A stretch of 64,000 nucleotides of DNA from Balanoglossus misakiensis (lineage: Eukaryota > Animalia > Hemichordata), in assembly GCA_040954595.2 (NCBI GenBank), contig CM082587.2:10793403-10857402 (forward strand). Reading direction: 5' to 3'. Positions 61,267-64,000 of the stretch are shown piece by piece (positions within the stretch are counted from its first letter, which is position 1; each line of letters opens with the position of its first letter). The translations under genes were made by a program, and so were the position numbers. The notes under the pieces were generated by a model, which saw nothing but the letters and a program-made list of their open reading frames with translations, was not told the DNA's origin and did no database searches.

Positions 61267-61467
61267 TTTTCTGAGTCAGCGATACCTGTCCAGGATGGAA
61301 GGGGTGATGTTACTGCAACACCATTCAAGTAAACTGCCACAATGCCTTCTTCAATTACCATGACAACATTATGCCACGAGTTGTCATCAACTGATACGGT
61401 TACACCATTTGTACTGACAGATAGACTTCTGTCCAGGACAAGAAGGGTACTATCAACTTGGGTTAAG
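61267..61467 (-). CDS. Isolated exon encoding part of a laminin-G/pentraxin-like domain
   Basis: 201 bp, CAG acceptor, GTAAGT donor, phase 2-2; VDDNSWHNVVMVIEEGIVAVYLNG. Confidence 0.7.
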
Positions 61468-61704
61468 CTGCCAAGAAATTCAAAACAGAGATTAGACATA
61501 AATCGGTGCATCAGCTGGTACTTTTGGGAAATTATCACACTTTTTTCAAACTGCACCACCTTTAGCCCATACAGAAGTATGCACTGAACTATGTACAAGT
61601 ATTATGAACCCTAAGTATGAGTGCATATGCATGTTTAAACCAGACAAATAATAAATCTTCGCCGCAAAGGAATATGGTCGCCACCGTGAGAAAATGCAAA
61701 ATAC

Positions 61705-64000
61705 AATTAAAGCTGCAAGCAGCGTTGGCGGGGCACAAGCGGTTCCCATGGTAACAAGCAAATGCCAAGGCTGTATCTGCTGTGGATACCAAGATATTGG
61801 AAAGTAGGTCAAAGGTCACCTGAGGTCACCCCAAATTTGGGCAAAAAAATCGGACCCCATACTAGTCTAGGTCCAACAAAAACCAAACACCTAGCTCTAT
61901 TGGTTCGCCTAGAATTAGGTATGCGCATAATTAATGAGGTCTTGTGTAAGACTCCATATCTGCTCCATCGGCCCTCCAAAAGCCAGGACTCTAACTGCTG
62001 TGGATGCTGAGATATGGGAAATTAGATCAAAGGTCATCCAAGGTCACCCAAAATTTGGGCATAAAATTTTGACCCCAGAGTGGGCCATGTCCAACTAAAA
62101 CCAGACCTCTAGCCCTATTGGTTAGCCTGGAATTAGATATGCAGAAAAATGATGTTTCAGAAATAGGTCAAGGGTCATTGCCAAAATTACCAAAATAGTT
62201 GTGTCATGTCCTGGCAGCATTGGTACCCATGTCCACAAAATTCATGACTGTGGTGCTTTTACAAGAGGAGGTATGGGGAATATGCATATATAATTAGTTG
62301 TTTTAAAACTGGGTCAAAGGTCATGTCAAAATTGCCCCGAAAAATTGTAACAACTTCCGGTCATATGATGACTCATATCCAAAAAAAGAATTTACGTGCT
62401 GTCAACATTTTGGCTACAAAACAGAATTTTCATTTTTCAATGGTTTTCCGAAAATCCAACATGGCCGCCATAATGATCGACCAATCACAGTGCGCTTCGC
62501 AAACTTGATAAACATAGGTTAGGTGACCACATACCCCGAATCCCGTGACTCGGCAATCGCTGGTTCTGGAGAAGAAGATTTTTAAAGTTTTAAGTAGTTT
62601 TTCAGAAAAACAATTGTAGCAAAAAAACTTTGTGTGACGTCATGATTTCAATGGGGTAAAATGATGGACAGAAGGTAGGCTACCTGCACACCAAATTTGA
62701 GAAGGACTCGTTTAACGATTTTCAGGAAATGCAATATGGCCGCCAGGTCACGTGACTAAATAAATATTCACGAGCCACTGCACGTCTACTCATTGGCCCC
62801 TATCACCCTACCAAGTTTAGCCCCCTAGGTGCAGCGGTTTTCCAGATCTACCTGGCCGATTTTCTCGGAAGAAGAAGAAGAAGAAGAAGAAGAAGAATTA
62901 AAGCTGCAAGCAGCATTGTCCGGGCCCAAGCTCTATTATCTGATCTGCACATAATTAATGAGTAGAAACATAATGCTGTGTTTTATCCCATGACATATCA
63001 AGGTTATATCTATGTTTGGTGCTGATATTGTGTTAAGTAGGTCAAAGGTCATCTGAGGTCACCCAAATTTTGGGCAGAAAATTTTGACCCATAGTGGTGC
63101 ATGTCCAACAAAAACCAGACCTCTAGCCCTTTTGGTTAGCCCGGAATTAGGTATGCACATAAATAATGAGTTAAGCAGGTGTCATAGGTGACCCAAAACT
63201 TTGGCTTTTCATTATGGCCCCATACCTCCAAACGCCAAGGCTGTATCTGCTGTGGATGTCGAGATATGCAAAAATAGGTCAAAGGTCATCTGAGGTCACC
63301 CAAAATTTGGGCAGAAAATGTTGACCCATAGTGGTCCATGTCCAACAAAAACCAGACCTCTAGCCCTTTTGGTTAGCCCAGAATTAGGTATGCACATAAA
63401 TAATGAGTTAAGCAGGTGTCACAGGTGAGCCAAAACTTTGGCTTTTCATTATGGCCCCATACCTCCAAACGCCAAGGCTGTATCTGCGGTGGATGTCAAG
63501 TTATGCAAAAGTAGGTCAAAGGTCACCCGAGGTCACCCAACATTTGGGCAAAATATTTTGACCCCATACTGGTCCATGTATAACAAAAACAAAACCTCTA
63601 GCCCTTTTGGTTAGCCCAGAATTAGGTATGCACATAAATAATGAGTCAAGCAGGTGTCACAGGTCACTCAAAACTTTGTCTTTTCCGTATGGCCCCATAC
63701 ATGTACCTCCAAACGCCAAGGCTGTATCTGCTGTGGATGTCGAGATATGCAAAAGTAGGTCAAAGGTCACCCGAGGTCACCCAACATTTGGGCAAAATAT
63801 TTTGACCCCATACTGGTCCATGTATAACAAAAACAAAACCTCTAGGTCTATTGGTTCATCTGTAATTAGATATGTGCATATTTAATGAGGTCAGCAGAGG
63901 TCATGAAAAGTAGCAAAATTTTTTGATCACATACAAATCCACATACATCAAACACCAAACTTATAGCCCTATTGGTTAGCCTGGAATTACACTGAAAATC
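61705..64000 (-). mobile_element. Head-to-tail Helentron-type units (3' ends at about 61705 and 62896) with about 240-bp internal repeats and a (GAA)n tract
   Basis: AATTAAAGCTGCAAGCAGC...GGGC(A/C)CAAGC twice; related to 57970-59187 in opposite orientation. Confidence 0.6.

Overview
AT-rich, intron-containing animal DNA, most likely a marine invertebrate and possibly a deuterostome (inferred from the repeat and domain repertoire). All coordinates, translations and identities were worked out by eye, and family assignments rest on motif recall, not database searches. (1) 1-12.4 kb, minus strand: 13 phase-compatible exons encoding C-type lectin, LDLa, 3x CUB and 4x Sushi domains, the N-terminal architecture of uninflatable (uif)-like proteins. 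The introns are full of TTAA- and TA-flanked MITEs, and I could not find the 5'-most exons in the window. (2) 13.5-21.4 kb: a two-gene ISL2EU-type (PIF/Harbinger-related) transposon with a spliced THAP + DDE transposase (+) converging on a spliced SWIM + YqaJ nuclease (-). Each gene has a single homopolymer indel. (3) 21.7-25.5 kb: a foldback element with 1.2-1.4 kb arms. (4) 26.4-45.7 kb: a giant inverted duplication with 5-6 kb arms. Each arm carries a candidate outward-facing 3-exon transcription unit whose exons look more conserved than its introns, with a twin RNA-structure motif in the last exon. The spacer holds a decayed secreted pentraxin/WSC-like gene and transposon relics. (5) 47.8-64 kb: 160-bp and 86-bp tandem arrays, a disrupted CR1-group LINE, Helentron-like tandem elements and an orphan LamG/pentraxin-like exon. 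No rRNA, tRNA or CRISPR array was seen.
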